Source: Trichosphaerium sp. ATCC 40318
Lineage: Eukaryota; Protista; Tubulinea
Assembly: GCA_038496445.1 (NCBI GenBank)
Contig: JALMLS010000377.1
Location: 124,001-188,000, forward strand
Reading direction: 5' to 3'
Length of the DNA: 64,000 nt
Shown here: in pieces, positions 26,586 to 40,351 of the stretch
Layout: each line of letters starts with the position of its first letter
How positions within the stretch are numbered: position 1 is the first letter of the stretch
Translations under genes and position numbers: made by a program
The notes under the pieces: model-generated
Databases searched by the model: none
The model's input: only the letters and a program-made list of their open reading frames with translations
Told to the model about the DNA's origin: nothing

Positions 26586-28919
26586 ATGTCTTCTGTACTG
26601 CGCTCAATAGCCAACGCAAGTACGTTGATGTAGAGGGTTCATGAAGGATTTGAATGCTAAATAATGTTCAAATCTTACACTTAACGTACATAGCATCGAA
26701 CAATCCTGTGATCAACTCCACACGCGTAATAAACGACATAGCATCAGAAATACGCGTTTTTGTTCTTGATGACTGGTATTCATCTACGTACAACGAAGTA
26801 GTAGAGCGAGGAGGCCGTGGAGTGCTAGCCCGGTATTTATTAAAATCGTGGCAAAGTTTTTATTTGACAGTTGACATAGAAACGGTAATTCGTTGGCTCA
26901 AACGTTTAAAACCTTGTTTCCCAAGCACAAATGGCAAGCTTGGAAGTTCAGGTAAACTATACACCCATTCCAGCTACTAACGATGGTAATTACAAGACGT
27001 GTACCAAAAGGGTATTGGGATGACATTACAAATCACCGACAATGTCTAGATGACATAGGAGAAGCTTTTAACTTTAAAACACTTGATGATTGGTATGGTA
27101 TCAAAGTACAGGATGTGTCTAGCATGGATGCAGGAGGGTTAATGAGTAGATTGTACGAACTGGTTTTAAGCAAGAGAAAAACAAAGAAGACTGGCGTCAG
27201 CTTTTTCATGTGCTCGTTCTACGAGCGTGTATGACTGTTGTTTGTCTAGGTTTATGTCTTATTTTAACTACTAGCTACTCTAATTCGCCTTCTGGAGCCC
27301 TTAAGACAATTTATCCTAACTTTAAATGGAAAACATGGAACTTTAAGTACGTTATCCATCAAATTCTTGACGGCTTGTATTTATTGATAATATTAGTGTA
27401 CTACCTGTAGGATTTATGAACGATCTTAAGAATCAGAGGGAATGCTTTTTTGATCTTGGTAAAGAGCTTGGTATTGAATCATTTGAAGATTGGTATAATA
27501 TAACAATAAAAGACATTGCTAAACTTGGAGCACGATCAGTTCTGTTACATCAGTATGTTGCAATACAGATCTTTTATCACAACCACTCACGAATAATAGT
27601 TATGATTGCTCTCTATCTAGAGCGCTTAAGGAAATATTCCCGGAACACCATTGGCAAATGTGGAAGTTCAAGTACTTGTTTCCAATAATTTTCTTATTCG
27701 GTTGACACTTTTTTTGTAAGACAAGTTTCCAAAGGGTTCTGGGATGATGTTAATAATCAAAAAGAATGTCTTGATTATGCTGGTGAGATGCTTGGTGTTA
27801 AAAGCCTTGATGGGTGGAAAGGAGTAACAGTTGAGGATGTAGTGAAATACAGAGTTCGAGGTCTTTTAGATGTCAAGTATGGTAGTCTTTAGAGTTTGTT
27901 GATTATTTACCTTGTTGATTTTAGATATGGATCATCGTTATCAAGTGCCCTGGTTTCAGTGTATTCAAGCCACTCGTGGCAGGATACCAACTTAAGGTAC
28001 CAACAAGTCTACCAACGCTGATTTTGAACTTCAAAAAAAAAAACAATTTTAAACCACAACTTCTCACCACGCGCTTTAGACGGAAAGCGCCTTCTTTCAA
28101 TAAAAAACCAAAATTTTGGGGTAGTGAAGCTGCTGTAACTCTTCTAAAAAGTAAGTATTAGTATAAAGAAACTTCACAACAAAGTTGTGAATAACAATTC
28201 ATTAGGTATTGAAAAGACATTGGCTATTCAACACCCTTCTCAGTGGTATCGCGTTTCTCGTGGACAAATTCAATCTCTTGGTGGTGGAATTAATGCCCAT
28301 TATATAAGACTACTTCATAAGATGTACCCAACATTCCAATGGCAACCTGAACTGTTTCAATTCCAAGCTAAAAAGTCATGGCAAAGGTACTTTGAAAATT
28401 TCAACATCGTTTTGACTAATTTTTTATCGAAGGTTACTTCTATCTCGCGTTGTGATTCTATTCGAAAAATTGGAGGTATATGAGGAGTATGAGATTCTAG
28501 GACCTCAAGGAAAGTCTGTTCAAGTTGATATTTACGTACCTAGCCTTTCTCTAGCATTTGAGTATCAAGGTACTCAAGCTTTCTCCTAAAAGTATCTATT
28601 CCTCACCCTTTCTTTTTAGGCGCACAGCATTATCACGATATTCTTTCCAGGTTTGAAACCGCTGCAACACAAGAAATGAGAGATAAAAAGAAACTCAGAA
28701 GGTGCCGACAATTAGGTACACGTGACTTTTTGAATAACAAGTGTTGTTAACCCTTTGTTAGGTGTGACAATAATATTCGTACCGTATTGGTGGCGTGGTG
28801 ATGTAGAGTCTATTGCAGCTACAATAACAGATGCAAGGCCAGACATAAGATTCTCATTACCACCTTGTAAACCTCTCGTCAATACTGTGAGACGACAAAA
28901 TTCGAAAATGTTTGTTTAA
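26586..28919 (+). CDS. tandem Trp/Tyr-rich repeat protein with C-terminal PD-(D/E)XK (Vsr/RAP-like) domain
   Basis: About 65-70 aa repeats (VPKGYWDD..NHRQCLD.IG......LDDWY; VSKGFWDDVNNQKECLD); C-terminal VDIYVPSLSLAFEYQGAQHY...RDKKK...GVTIIFVPYWW. Confidence 0.75.
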
Positions 28920-29167
28920 TTCAAAAACAACCGGCAGTGAGCGAAGTAGTGCTTGAACAACAAAACGCACCCTCAGAGTTCTCGGAGCAGGAAAAGAGGC
29001 GACTAACACCTATATGATAGTTTCCAAGAAAGCAAACAGAAGAAGAATATCGTAAGGGCCCGTAAAGCGCTCAGACATAAGATCACATTAAATGAATGCA
29101 AATATGATGAACGATAAAAATATAGTAAAGATTCAAGTTTGGTTTAATCTCATTTATTCGTAAACGT

Positions 29168-30800
29168 CTAAGGATTGGAGAAGCATTTACCGTCTACACA
29201 TGCAATACCATGAGCATGGAAAGGTACTACATAGTTAAGAGGAACACTTGCTACAAGCTTAAGATTAGCTGCGTCGAAAATTGCCATGAAACTAGCGTCA
29301 GCTGTTGCGTTATAGGCGACAGATAGTAGGACACCATCATCTTCAGATCTACGAAGAGGATTTGGTACAAAATCTGCTTCTGTAAGGTAGATATTTGGAT
29401 TGCTGTATTCTTCAATAACATCACCTGACTTAACTGATACTTTGATAAGTCTGTCGAACCACTTCGATTGGAATGATGTTGGTGCAATAGCGTAAAAATA
29501 TTCGTAAACTTGTGTTTTGAAGAGTGGGTTGTATGTGGGGTAATCGAAGATAACGCTATCATCCATAAACTTCGAGCAAGAGATTCTGTCTGAAGAAGGA
29601 TCAACTTGACAACGTCTTGGTCTGTACAAGATTTTTGACCAGTTAGGGTACTTAACTTGCATCTGATCGAGGAAATATTGGTCTAAATAATCTTCTGTAG
29701 CAGGTGCTGTATCGACTTGGATAGTACCGTTTTGTTCAAAGCAATTCCAGAAGTGATTGTTAATAAAAGTAAAATCACTTCTTTTTACTTCAGCGGTATT
29801 AGTACTTCTGTCAAAGACAAGCCATAGATTGTCTTCTTGTTGGTGTACGTATTTAAGCATACCAGCAGCCATACGATCATGCTTAGAACGGACTTCGAAA
29901 GCATCAAGCTTGATAATGATGTAGTTTTCAGTGAGACACAAGGAGTGACTGTGAGGGATTAGTTTTTTGTCAGGGATCTTGACACGTGTCAAAACGTGAT
30001 CTTGAAGATTTTCACCTTCAACAGAAATACGAGAAATACATATTTCGTTAGTTCTGAAACCGCCTTTCGTGCATGAGTGCACAACGAAGCATTCACCTGT
30101 CTTTGGATCACAGGCTGGATGAGCGTTTAGAACGAGTGACTCTACGTTAGCTGAGGCTTTGATTGTGTTCAAATCCTTATCAATGCGTCCCCACATAGAT
30201 GTATCAATCGTCAACCAAAGTTGGTCTTGGATTGGTAAAATGTTCACAACTGGGTTGGTGATACATGGTTTAAGGCCAAGTGTTGGTCCAGTGCCGGTAG
30301 CAAGGAATATGCACAAATCCCAGTTGGTGAAAGCGCCGCTGTCGTAACCGCGTATCTATGAGTAAATAATCAGTTTAAGAGAGTTGCTAACGCGGATACG
30401 GAGTAGCTTGTGAAATAGGAAATGGCTCAAGAAATATTCGTACGGCGTAATTCATTTTTCCGTTTGAGAACTCGAACTTCATCATATGTGCTAACCCGTC
30501 AAAGTGGTAGTGCATGTCGTTGTGGAAAGTGCCAGGAACAAGTCTGTAGTGTTGTACTTTGTCCATCCACGCCAAATCAGCTGGTAAGTCGATTGCAATG
30601 ACAGATTTGTTGTTGCCTGGAGTATTACGGTAGAAGAAACCAAGCGGTTCTACTTTCTGCGGTAATTCTACAGCGTTGCTCTTGGACCCGTCAAAGGAAG
30701 CGCTTAGGGTATCATAGAGTGCTGTGAAGTGTTTCTCATTTTCAATAGAACCGTAGCATAGTACTAAGCAAATGCACGACAAGATCGCAAGCGTGCGCAT
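29168..30800 (-). CDS. carotenoid oxygenase (RPE65/CCD superfamily) with N-terminal signal peptide
   Basis: GFFYRNTPG, HFDGLA, four Fe-ligand His (NAHP, HSHS, NHFWNCFE, FHAHG), FDYPTYNP, EADFVP..SEDDGVLLS; one intron. Confidence 0.85.
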
Positions 30801-31005
30801 GGTGTTCGAGGTGTATTGGAAATGCAATTGTTGAACACAAAAGACAAAATACAAACTCGGGAGTTACTTAGCTGATTTGGAATTCCTTCTTCAAGCGCGT
30901 CAAGTACCTTGACACTGTTCCGACAGTACAAAGTATGTCACGATCATAAGTAAGACCCAAAGATGGCTTAATTTTTTGTTCATTTTTTTCTGTGTTGTGT
31001 TTACA

Positions 31006-32057
31006 ATGGTGTTCTTCTTGGTGTGTGTCAATTCGGGTACATAAAGTTTAAAATTAGGGATAAGAGCAGTTGGTAACGCATTTAGAAAATAAACGTAAAT
31101 ATTTTTTGTACATGGGTAAAGACAAGTACGAGAACGAGTCGCTGTTCAGCGTTGGCACTGACTTGGATATATGGTGCGTCAAGTTTCGATGTACTCAATG
31201 TTAATGAGCTATAAAGGTTCCACGTAGATAATCTACCTAGTGCGCATTGTTATTGCCGCTTGGAACCTGGAGAATCACTTGATGACTTGCCACAACAGGT
31301 ACAATAAACTCCTCCGCGCCGTATTCACGCCACTAAGGTAATTACTGACTGCTCGCAACTTGTAAAAGAAAACTCGCGCCAAGGTATTAGATATTACACC
31401 TACATGTATCTAACGCTTATAAAAGCACGTAAGAAGGACGATATTAAAGTTGTTTACACACCATGGTCTAATTTGAAAAAAACCAAATCAATGGCTCCAG
31501 GTTAGAAACAACAGTTGAAAACCATGAAGTTCTGGCATTCTGACTTGTTTTTTTTCAATAGGCGAGATAGGATTCCATGATAAAGACAAGGTACCATCCC
31601 ACAACCGTTAATCATTACTTAGACGTGATTACTTAGTGCCGTTATTATACAGTCAAAACAAAATCTCGTGCCATCATCAATAGGTAAAATCCATTCAACA
31701 GTGTTCGCGTTTTATTTATCGGGTTTTTTCTGACAGGTTGAATAAAACTAAAGTCGAAAAAAGTAACTTGAACGATCTACAAAAAATGAAAGAAGACCGT
31801 CTTGTCGAAGTACGCAAATTAGAGAAGGAAGCAAAGATTGCAGATGCAAAAGCAACTTCAAAAGCTAAGAGAGAAAAGAAAAAACAACAAGATACAAAAC
31901 ACTATGTTTCTTTAATGAAAGAAGACAACATGACATTGGATAACCGCGTACGGCCACAATGTCAAGCGCTTCTTATTTTATGTTGAAACCAAAGATACTG
32001 ACTTGTAATTTATAGGGAGACCAAACTTTTGAAGACTTTGAAGATAACTTCATGTAA
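31006..32057 (+). CDS. CCDC25: CCDC25/Jlp2 (NFACT-R, DUF814) protein
   Basis: [56 protein letters not shown]-terminal EDFEDNFM*. Confidence 0.9.
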
Positions 32058-32199
32058 AATAATTAAATGCAACAATAAAGTCTTACAAGTACAACAAAAT
32101 GGTGGAAATCGAGTATTCAGTAGTACTTCATCCTTATATTCACATACTCTACGCGTATTTTTATCATAACTAACGTACTTTTTTAATGGGGAGCTTTCA

Positions 32200-34227
32200 A
32201 CAGAAAGTCCACAGAAAAGCAAAATTTTTTGGTTAAAAATTCTTAAGTATCCAAATTCATTAGTTTTTTCAACCTGACAGAACATGAACACACTTCCTCG
32301 ATTCTTTAGCTTTTTCTCAACGGTATAACTCTTTGTTCTTACAAACAGATTGCTCACTTTGTTTAGAACCAACCGACTAAAAAGATAGTACAAACACCTC
32401 ACCTTCATACCAGAGTCCGTACTACCTCAAGGAAAGGAACTCCCATCTTTCAAAATAACCGACAACCAATCCAAAAAACGAACATAGACTTAGATGCCCT
32501 ACTCAAAAAGCCAGAGACTCGTTCAACCATCTCTACTCTGTCAAAATTTGCATCAGAAGGAGAATGACGCACGTGTTTTCTGAAGAAAAAAGGGAACAGA
32601 AATTAATAAAAAATATAAAGTTTGGTTCCCTTGTACAACGACCCTTGTAAATAAACACATTATACTATCATAGCTTAAAGTATTGTAAACGTAATAAACT
32701 AGTAGTATACTATCCTACTGGATCAACACGAGTACATACTACCTAGTAGACGCCATAGATTCCCACCTTGAACTGTTAGTCACTACAAGTAAAGTTAACA
32801 TATTTACCTTTGTCTCAGCTCTAGAGCTGTCCGCGGACTACAATGCTTGTTTTTCGTAAAGTCCAAAGCAACGCCAAGCCAACATGTTTCCGAAGGATCC
32901 TCATGTACAAGCTTCACAAGCAAAGCATCCTCTTCTGGTCTCCACTTAATCTGGAAAACTTTAATTCACCCAAATAACCAGTCGTTTACGTACTCTTCTA
33001 GATTCAATTGCCCTCCAATATTGGTATCGGCACTGTCCAACATTATGACATTGTTTAAACTGCACTAAAAACGTACTTGAATGTCTAAAAAAAATATCAA
33101 CACGTAGCTCACAATGTTTACGCATACCCGATCTATGAACCATCAAAGTGGCTACCTTCTTCCACTGCAATCCCTCTGAATCGACAAACGTTAGTAGCTG
33201 CTGTTCTTCTGCTACATGCTGTAAGGTGGCAATATAAGTTTTGAAGGTTGGTACAATCGCTCCATTTTCCTTTTCGAATAACTGGATCCATGACACGTTT
33301 CCATCGTTGAGCTTGTAACAGTAAGAAGTTGGGTACGTTGGTGATTGTGTGAAGGTACCACATTGCGCTGCACTTTTAGCTGGAATGAAAGAGGATATCA
33401 ACTTCCACCGACGTTTTCCATAGTTTTTGTATTGGTCTACCAGATCAACAAGCTGATCGGATTCGCTCTGATTTTTTTAACTTACGCTAAACTACAAAAT
33501 TATAGAGTACCTTCGTCCATTTATTTGGAAGCTTCCTGAGACAAGTAAGAGGCGAGAAAGTTTCTAGTACGTCACCTTATTGATTTTCTCTTTGATTTTG
33601 TAGAGCGGGAGCAGTCTACAATTACGTGGCCTTGCTCCTCACAAACCGACTCTTCACTTTCGCAGTCACTAAAATCTTCACTTTCTGCGTCAGTTTCATT
33701 GTTGGGTTCGTATCTTCGGTTTGTTAGCGTAAGTTTGACAACTGTTTGTTTACTCTGAACTGTCACTATTCGGATCAGAGCTTGCGTCTGTCAGTAAATC
33801 ACTCCAAGCGTGCATTACTTGCGGCATGTAGTTTTGAGAGCGCGTACGCAATTTCATACCCTACGCGTTGTTATTATTAGCTATGTCTAACCCAAACATC
33901 CCTGAGATTGGTCGCAGCATTGCTGAAGATATGTCTTTTTTAATCCGCAGGTAACAAGAAGCTGTACCAATTCCCCGTACAAGTGATTGCTATTCTCACC
34001 AGAGAAGAAGTGCACGATCTTCATTAAGTAGCAACATGAACAGACGCGGAACGTACTTGATTAAGAAATGCCGCAGGGCCTATTCTAGACGATATGTAGC
34101 TCTCAAGAATACCGTGTAAAGAACTCAAAGCGGACGTTTCGAATTTAGCTTCCAAAAGTTCACAAAAGCGCACAACTTGTTCAGCTGCAGCTCCATAGCC
34201 TCTAGGGGATTCTTTTGTACTTGACAT
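32200..34227 (-). CDS. hypothetical multi-exon protein with an acidic Ser/Glu segment
   Basis: Series of ORF fragments with GT-AG borders starting MSSTKESPRG; no recognised domain; 3' end approximate. Confidence 0.4.
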
Positions 34228-34396
34228 AGCTTCAACAGCTTATTGACACGACCTTTGGTTACCATCACTTAACTATTTTAAGGTATGGCATGACGCACAT
34301 GAACTGGTGCCTGGTGGCGCACTTTGTGTGGCAAAGAGGAAGCTCAATAAAGTAGAGCTTAGTTGAGCCACTATTAGCAACAGCTACACCAATAAA

Positions 34397-35722
34397 ATGA
34401 TTCACGTAAATTGTTTACAGAGACTGTCATTTATTTTACAAAAGATGGAGAAGAGCAACACGTCTTCGCTAGCACCTATGGATCCAGATTTAAATTGCGT
34501 AATATGCTTCCGTTGCTTTTATCGGCCTGTAACACTTTCGTGTACGCTAATATTGGTTTACAATCACTAACAGTCGAGCAGGCGGCCACACCTTCTGTAA
34601 AATGTGCTTGCGTAAGCTTCTTGTAGATAAAAACAACAGGTATGCCTTTTTTTTAATGCCCTTCCGTTATGAATGAATAACATGAATATTCAAATACAGC
34701 CACTATTCATACCTATTTTGCTGACTGTAGGGTTTTAAAAAAAAACAGCATTAGTAGTTCTCTAAGGCAGACAATCTAGCAATACTACGCACGCAAAGTG
34801 CTGCCGGTAGGTTTCTATGGTGTTTTACGAGCACGTGACAAAATCGATTTTTGCCGCCAAAGAACCTCAAGATTTGTGAGTGACCGTTCCCAGTTACACC
34901 AGTGAATACCCTGAATGAATATACCAAGTGGGACAATGAATATGAATATTACTTTTTTACTAACGGAAGGGCATTACCTTTTTCTTAAATTAAAAAGTCT
35001 AACATAAAGTGCAGACAGTGCCCAATGTGCCGCAGTGACCTGAGGAAGTACAAGCTAAAAAACAGCCAAATAAATCACGCACTCTCCCAGAAACTACGAG
35101 GTACTCACGAATACGCTTGTTCACAATCACTTACAAGTAATAGAGGAATACCCTGAACACTACAAAGCACGAAGAGCCGAGCACAGAGAAGACTTGGAAG
35201 AAGAACGTCACAAATTCCACTTCCCTGTAGCTATAGGCAATAGAGCTGTAAAAGCCGTACACTAATCAAGATTATCAAAACGCGTCTAACAGCACTGTAG
35301 GGCAGAAAAGACTGGATTAAATGGACTTTCTTTGTGGAGTCAGCCGATAAGAACATTCCAATCCAACAGTTTGTTAAATCCGTTACTATAAAGCTTCATC
35401 CTACATTCTCGCCACCTCAGGTCACACTTGATAGACCTCCATTCGCAATATCAAGGGTATGATTTTTTTGAACTTTTTCTCTTTAAATTCTTTCTTTCTT
35501 AACATTTTTTGCCTGTAGACAGGATGGGGTACATTTCAGATTGATCTAACTATACACTGGCACGAACATACGGGGAGAAAGGCTTCTGATTTTTCACATC
35601 ACTTGTCCTTTAATACAGACATAAATGGTAGAAACAGAGTACATAAAATTGAGTTTGACAGGCGAAATTTTGAAAAGGTAGGAATATTTTTTCCTATTGA
35701 AGCTACAAACAAGAAAAAGTAA
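34397..35722 (+). CDS. C3HC4 RING finger + YEATS domain protein
   Basis: Spliced RING CVIC...PVTLSCGHTFCKMC...CPMCR; YEATS KWTFFVES...VKSVTIKLHPTFSPPQVTLDRPPFAISRTGWGTFQIDLTIHW; start could be the later ATG near 34445. Confidence 0.82.
34654..34976. mobile_element. MITE-like non-autonomous element in intron
   Basis: Perfect 16-bp inverted ends TAATGCCCTTCCGTTA (34654-34669) / TAACGGAAGGGCATTA (34961-34976); subterminal TGAATA repeats; expands intron 34640-35014. Confidence 0.75.
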
Positions 35723-35942
35723 GGATTGCCAAAAAACCACCCAAAAATAGTGTAAATAGTAATAAGTGGATGTAAAACAATAAAGTAAAAAATATATTAG
35801 GGTGGACCAGCCAAACAGCTTTGAAATCTTCGGTTATTTTTTCATTTTTTTTCTCATTTTTTACCATCTCAACGCTTCACAAATCAAGGTAAGGCTTTTT
35901 ATATTACAGTGTATTTTCAAAGGCTAAGAAAGCTGAGTATTT

Positions 35943-36900
35943 CTAGAATGTCTTGTAAGAACTTCTTCCATTGCCGAAGACATTAAGAGGAACCATTTCA
36001 GTTGTGTTGCTTTTCAAAAATTGAAAGAATGTCACTATTCTATTCTTATTAGGTTTCTTGTTTTCCAGTGTCCCAGACGCAGAATAAGCTTCTCCAGCTA
36101 ATAAAAATAAATCAAAAGAAAAGGTTGAATTAAATGTAATACATGAGTGTATCGTTTGTCCTATAGGGAGTGCACCGCCATCATTTGCTGTTAGACTTAT
36201 AAAAAATGCAAAAGGAACGAGCCAGACACAAATAAGAAAGAAGGCAATTATTTCTTCAAACTTGTACCTAGTGAATACACTTGTAAGCGGTGGTACGTTG
36301 GAAACTAAAAAGAGGTGAAAAATAACGTACCATCCAGCGCTAAAGTAACTGAACCACAAGGAGTGATCGGCAACCAACATGACTGTAAGAAAACGATTAA
36401 TATAAACGTCATACAACGATTTACAAGCTTATGCAGCGTGGTAGCTAATAAGAACCACCAAACCAAACTGACACTTGTTTAAATGATTAAAAATACGCTG
36501 TATTTGGTACGTACCAATACTCAGGAGGAAGAGCGGATGTGTCAGTTGTATGTCTGGAAATTTGTTCAGTAGAGTGTAATATACGCCATGTGAGGCAATG
36601 CCAAAGATGACATAAAGCCAAGGGACATTCTCAAAGAAAAACAGAACATGTATGCCTAAAACAACCTAATTTCCGTTAGAATCGCATACATATGATGTAA
36701 AATGTACCCATATTGTATATTTAATAACTTTCTTTGCAAACGTTTCGTATTCTTCAACAAGTTCTGCCAAATAGTAGAGACCGCACGCTATTGCTATATT
36801 ATTATAATAAATAGCGTCCCAGCGTACCTAGACAAATTGTGGAAAATAAAAACCCAATCGTATACGATAAGTAACGCGTTAGCGTCATGAAGAACCCCAT
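35943..36900 (-). CDS. TEX261: TEX261/Svp26 family ER-Golgi cargo adaptor
   Basis: GLYYLAELVEEY, HGVYYTLLNKFP, DHSLWFSYF, FFLICVWLVPFAFFISLTAND. Confidence 0.88.
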
Positions 36901-37021
36901 GGTGTAAACGGTTGTCTGCTATTCACGAAAAAAAACTAATGCAACGTGGGTAATTAAGCCACTCGATTTTCACATTAAGCAATTCAAAGGAAATTTAACA
37001 AAAATTAGGCCAACACGCAAC

Positions 37022-39237
37022 ATGACACGCATTCTACTGGCCATGGTATTTGTACTGTTAGGTACGTTACACTTCTAAAGCTATTACGTACCAAAATGAC
37101 ACTTTGGCTTACCAACATAGCTTGTACATCTAAAGCACTCCGGATAGTATCCATTTCAGGCGGTAACAGAACAGAAATGATAGGAAGAGAGCTTCCAAGT
37201 CCTATTTTAAAGAAATATGCAAGACATTTTCACCCTTTTCAAACACAAGTACGATACTAAGCTTGTAAAATCACGTGGATGCAAGCCATTTTTAGAATAT
37301 TTTCTACGGATCATTTTTTATTCTAAATAGTTTCACGCAGTTAGCACTACCCACCTGGACAAAAGAAGACGCGAATAAAACAATAGTTACTAGACCCATG
37401 GACAATAAAGTGTTAAACACATATAAAAGGTAAGAGCGTTAAAAAATAGGGCGACGCGAGTTTGTGCACGTTGTTGAATGTTTGTAACAGCGTGGAGATT
37501 TTACTCAACCTCGGGGCTACCAGCGTTATTATAATAGACACCAGACATAGAAGTACGTTTTACCAACCCAAAAAAAAAAGAAAGCAAAACTCGGACTAAT
37601 CAAAAAACTAATAGAAGATGTACATATGAACTGGTATTGGTTTGGGCGAAAAGTAGTGAAGCCTAGTTCGGTTGTGTGTACGATTTTTAACCACAGAAAA
37701 GTAATGGCTAGTTTGGATACTAAATTCTCATAGTACAAGTACTAGAAAGGGATATTGTTGAGGTATGTGTTTCACGTGTAGAACGTTTTGGCAACTGCTG
37801 TTCACCTAATTCAGTGTGGGATTTTTTAGATTGAAGATTTATTGCGTAAGAATGCCACTATCACAGTTGACATACATCATGACGGTAATAAGGAGTTTTA
37901 TACTATTTTCTAACAATGTTAGATGGAGTTTGGGAAACATACTTTTCTAGCTCTTCTGTACTTGCTTATAGAATCATATGGGGTACTACCGGAAAACCAT
38001 AAAATTGTGTTGTCTGAAAAACAAATTTAGGTGTATTAGAAATGCTGTTATTGATCTCAGGATTTTACGCTGTTGTCCATCTAGTGCTTTCCGGCAAACG
38101 ATTTTATGATCCAATTGTATGTGTTTTATGGGTTGATTTACTTGCTGTATTTTTACGGTTTATATACATAGCTGTTGATCCATTCTATGTTAACATGGTA
38201 CGAACAAAATTTATTCTATTTACGAAAAAAAAAAAACTGTTTCACAAAAACAAACTTTCTAAATCTATTTTTGGCCACGTGCTCTTAGTCTCGCCAAGCG
38301 TAATATCCCAAACTAACAGTATTCGAATAGGTGTGGCCAAATCAATTGCACCTAACCTTCAGAAGTATCTCCACACCTCTCGCAGTAGTTTCTACTCTTT
38401 TAATCACTTCTTTTTGGTACAAACTAATAAATACACTATAAAATGTACTAAACCTTTTTTCAGGTATGAAGTGTTAAATAGTAGGCGTATACGAAATACA
38501 GTTTTTTTGGACAAGCTGAAGAGACCATTTTTTGTTATTACGATACTTGTGGCTTGCATAGAAGTAACGAATATTGCTGTTGGTATAATCTTACCAACGT
38601 TAGTGGTTTTTTATAAAAGCAAAAAAAAACATGTTGCTTACCTTTTTTTTTTTGTTAGGAACTACATAATTGTCATCGTTAGTGTGTGCATCTACGTTGT
38701 AATACTAGTTCTTGTGATATGTGTTTTTACTTGGAACGGTGTAAAGATCATGCAGCAGTCCATCAAGCTATTGAAGCAGAGTAAGAAAATGAAGATAGTA
38801 TTTTGGGTAAGTACGTTCAAAGGTATTTTTTTATTAACTCCTTCTCACAGACTACGGCTATAATTCTAACGTCAACCATTGGATTACTTATCTACGTTAT
38901 TCTTGCTGTTACTTACAGTGTCATGTCTTTTACCCCAGCATCATTTATGGCAATCAACTATTTTTCTTCACTTGTTTTCGATTTTGTTTGTGCATGTCAC
39001 GTTGCAGCATTTATTTATGGCGCAAAGTACGGTTTTTATAAGAAGGCATTGTGTTACCACATCCATAGTTGTTCTCACTTCATCTATAGTAAACCTATGA
39101 GATCATTATCCGCACCAACTATAACAACAACATCTATAAGAGGAAGTAAAGTAACAGAAACGCGAAAACGAAGTGACTCAGAAATTTGTTCAACTAATCC
39201 AACTGGTGCAACTAGTCAGTCGTCTTCTCAAGTGTAA
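37022..39237 (+). CDS. hypothetical multi-pass (about 7 TM) membrane protein with extracellular N-terminal domain and Ser/Thr tail
   Basis: Signal-like start, many hydrophobic segments (LRFIYIAVDPF, FFVITILVACIE), S/T-rich C-terminus. Confidence 0.55.
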
Positions 39238-39373
39238 ATGAGAAATACCGTACAATATTGTATATAATAATAGTAAACCTGAGACTGAGGATGGTGCACT
39301 ATGTGGTTAACTTCCTACCAGAAGAGAAATATGGGAAAGAAAAAAAACTTTTTTTTTTTTCGAGTAAAGGCAT

Positions 39374-40251
<878 letters not shown>

Positions 40252-40351
40252 GGTTGTAGTGGAGTTGTAAATAGTACCACAAGAAAAATGTAGAAAGTGG
40301 CGTTCTTAGGCATTTTTGTCCAGTAACCATCTGAGTAAGTTATACGTCGCA

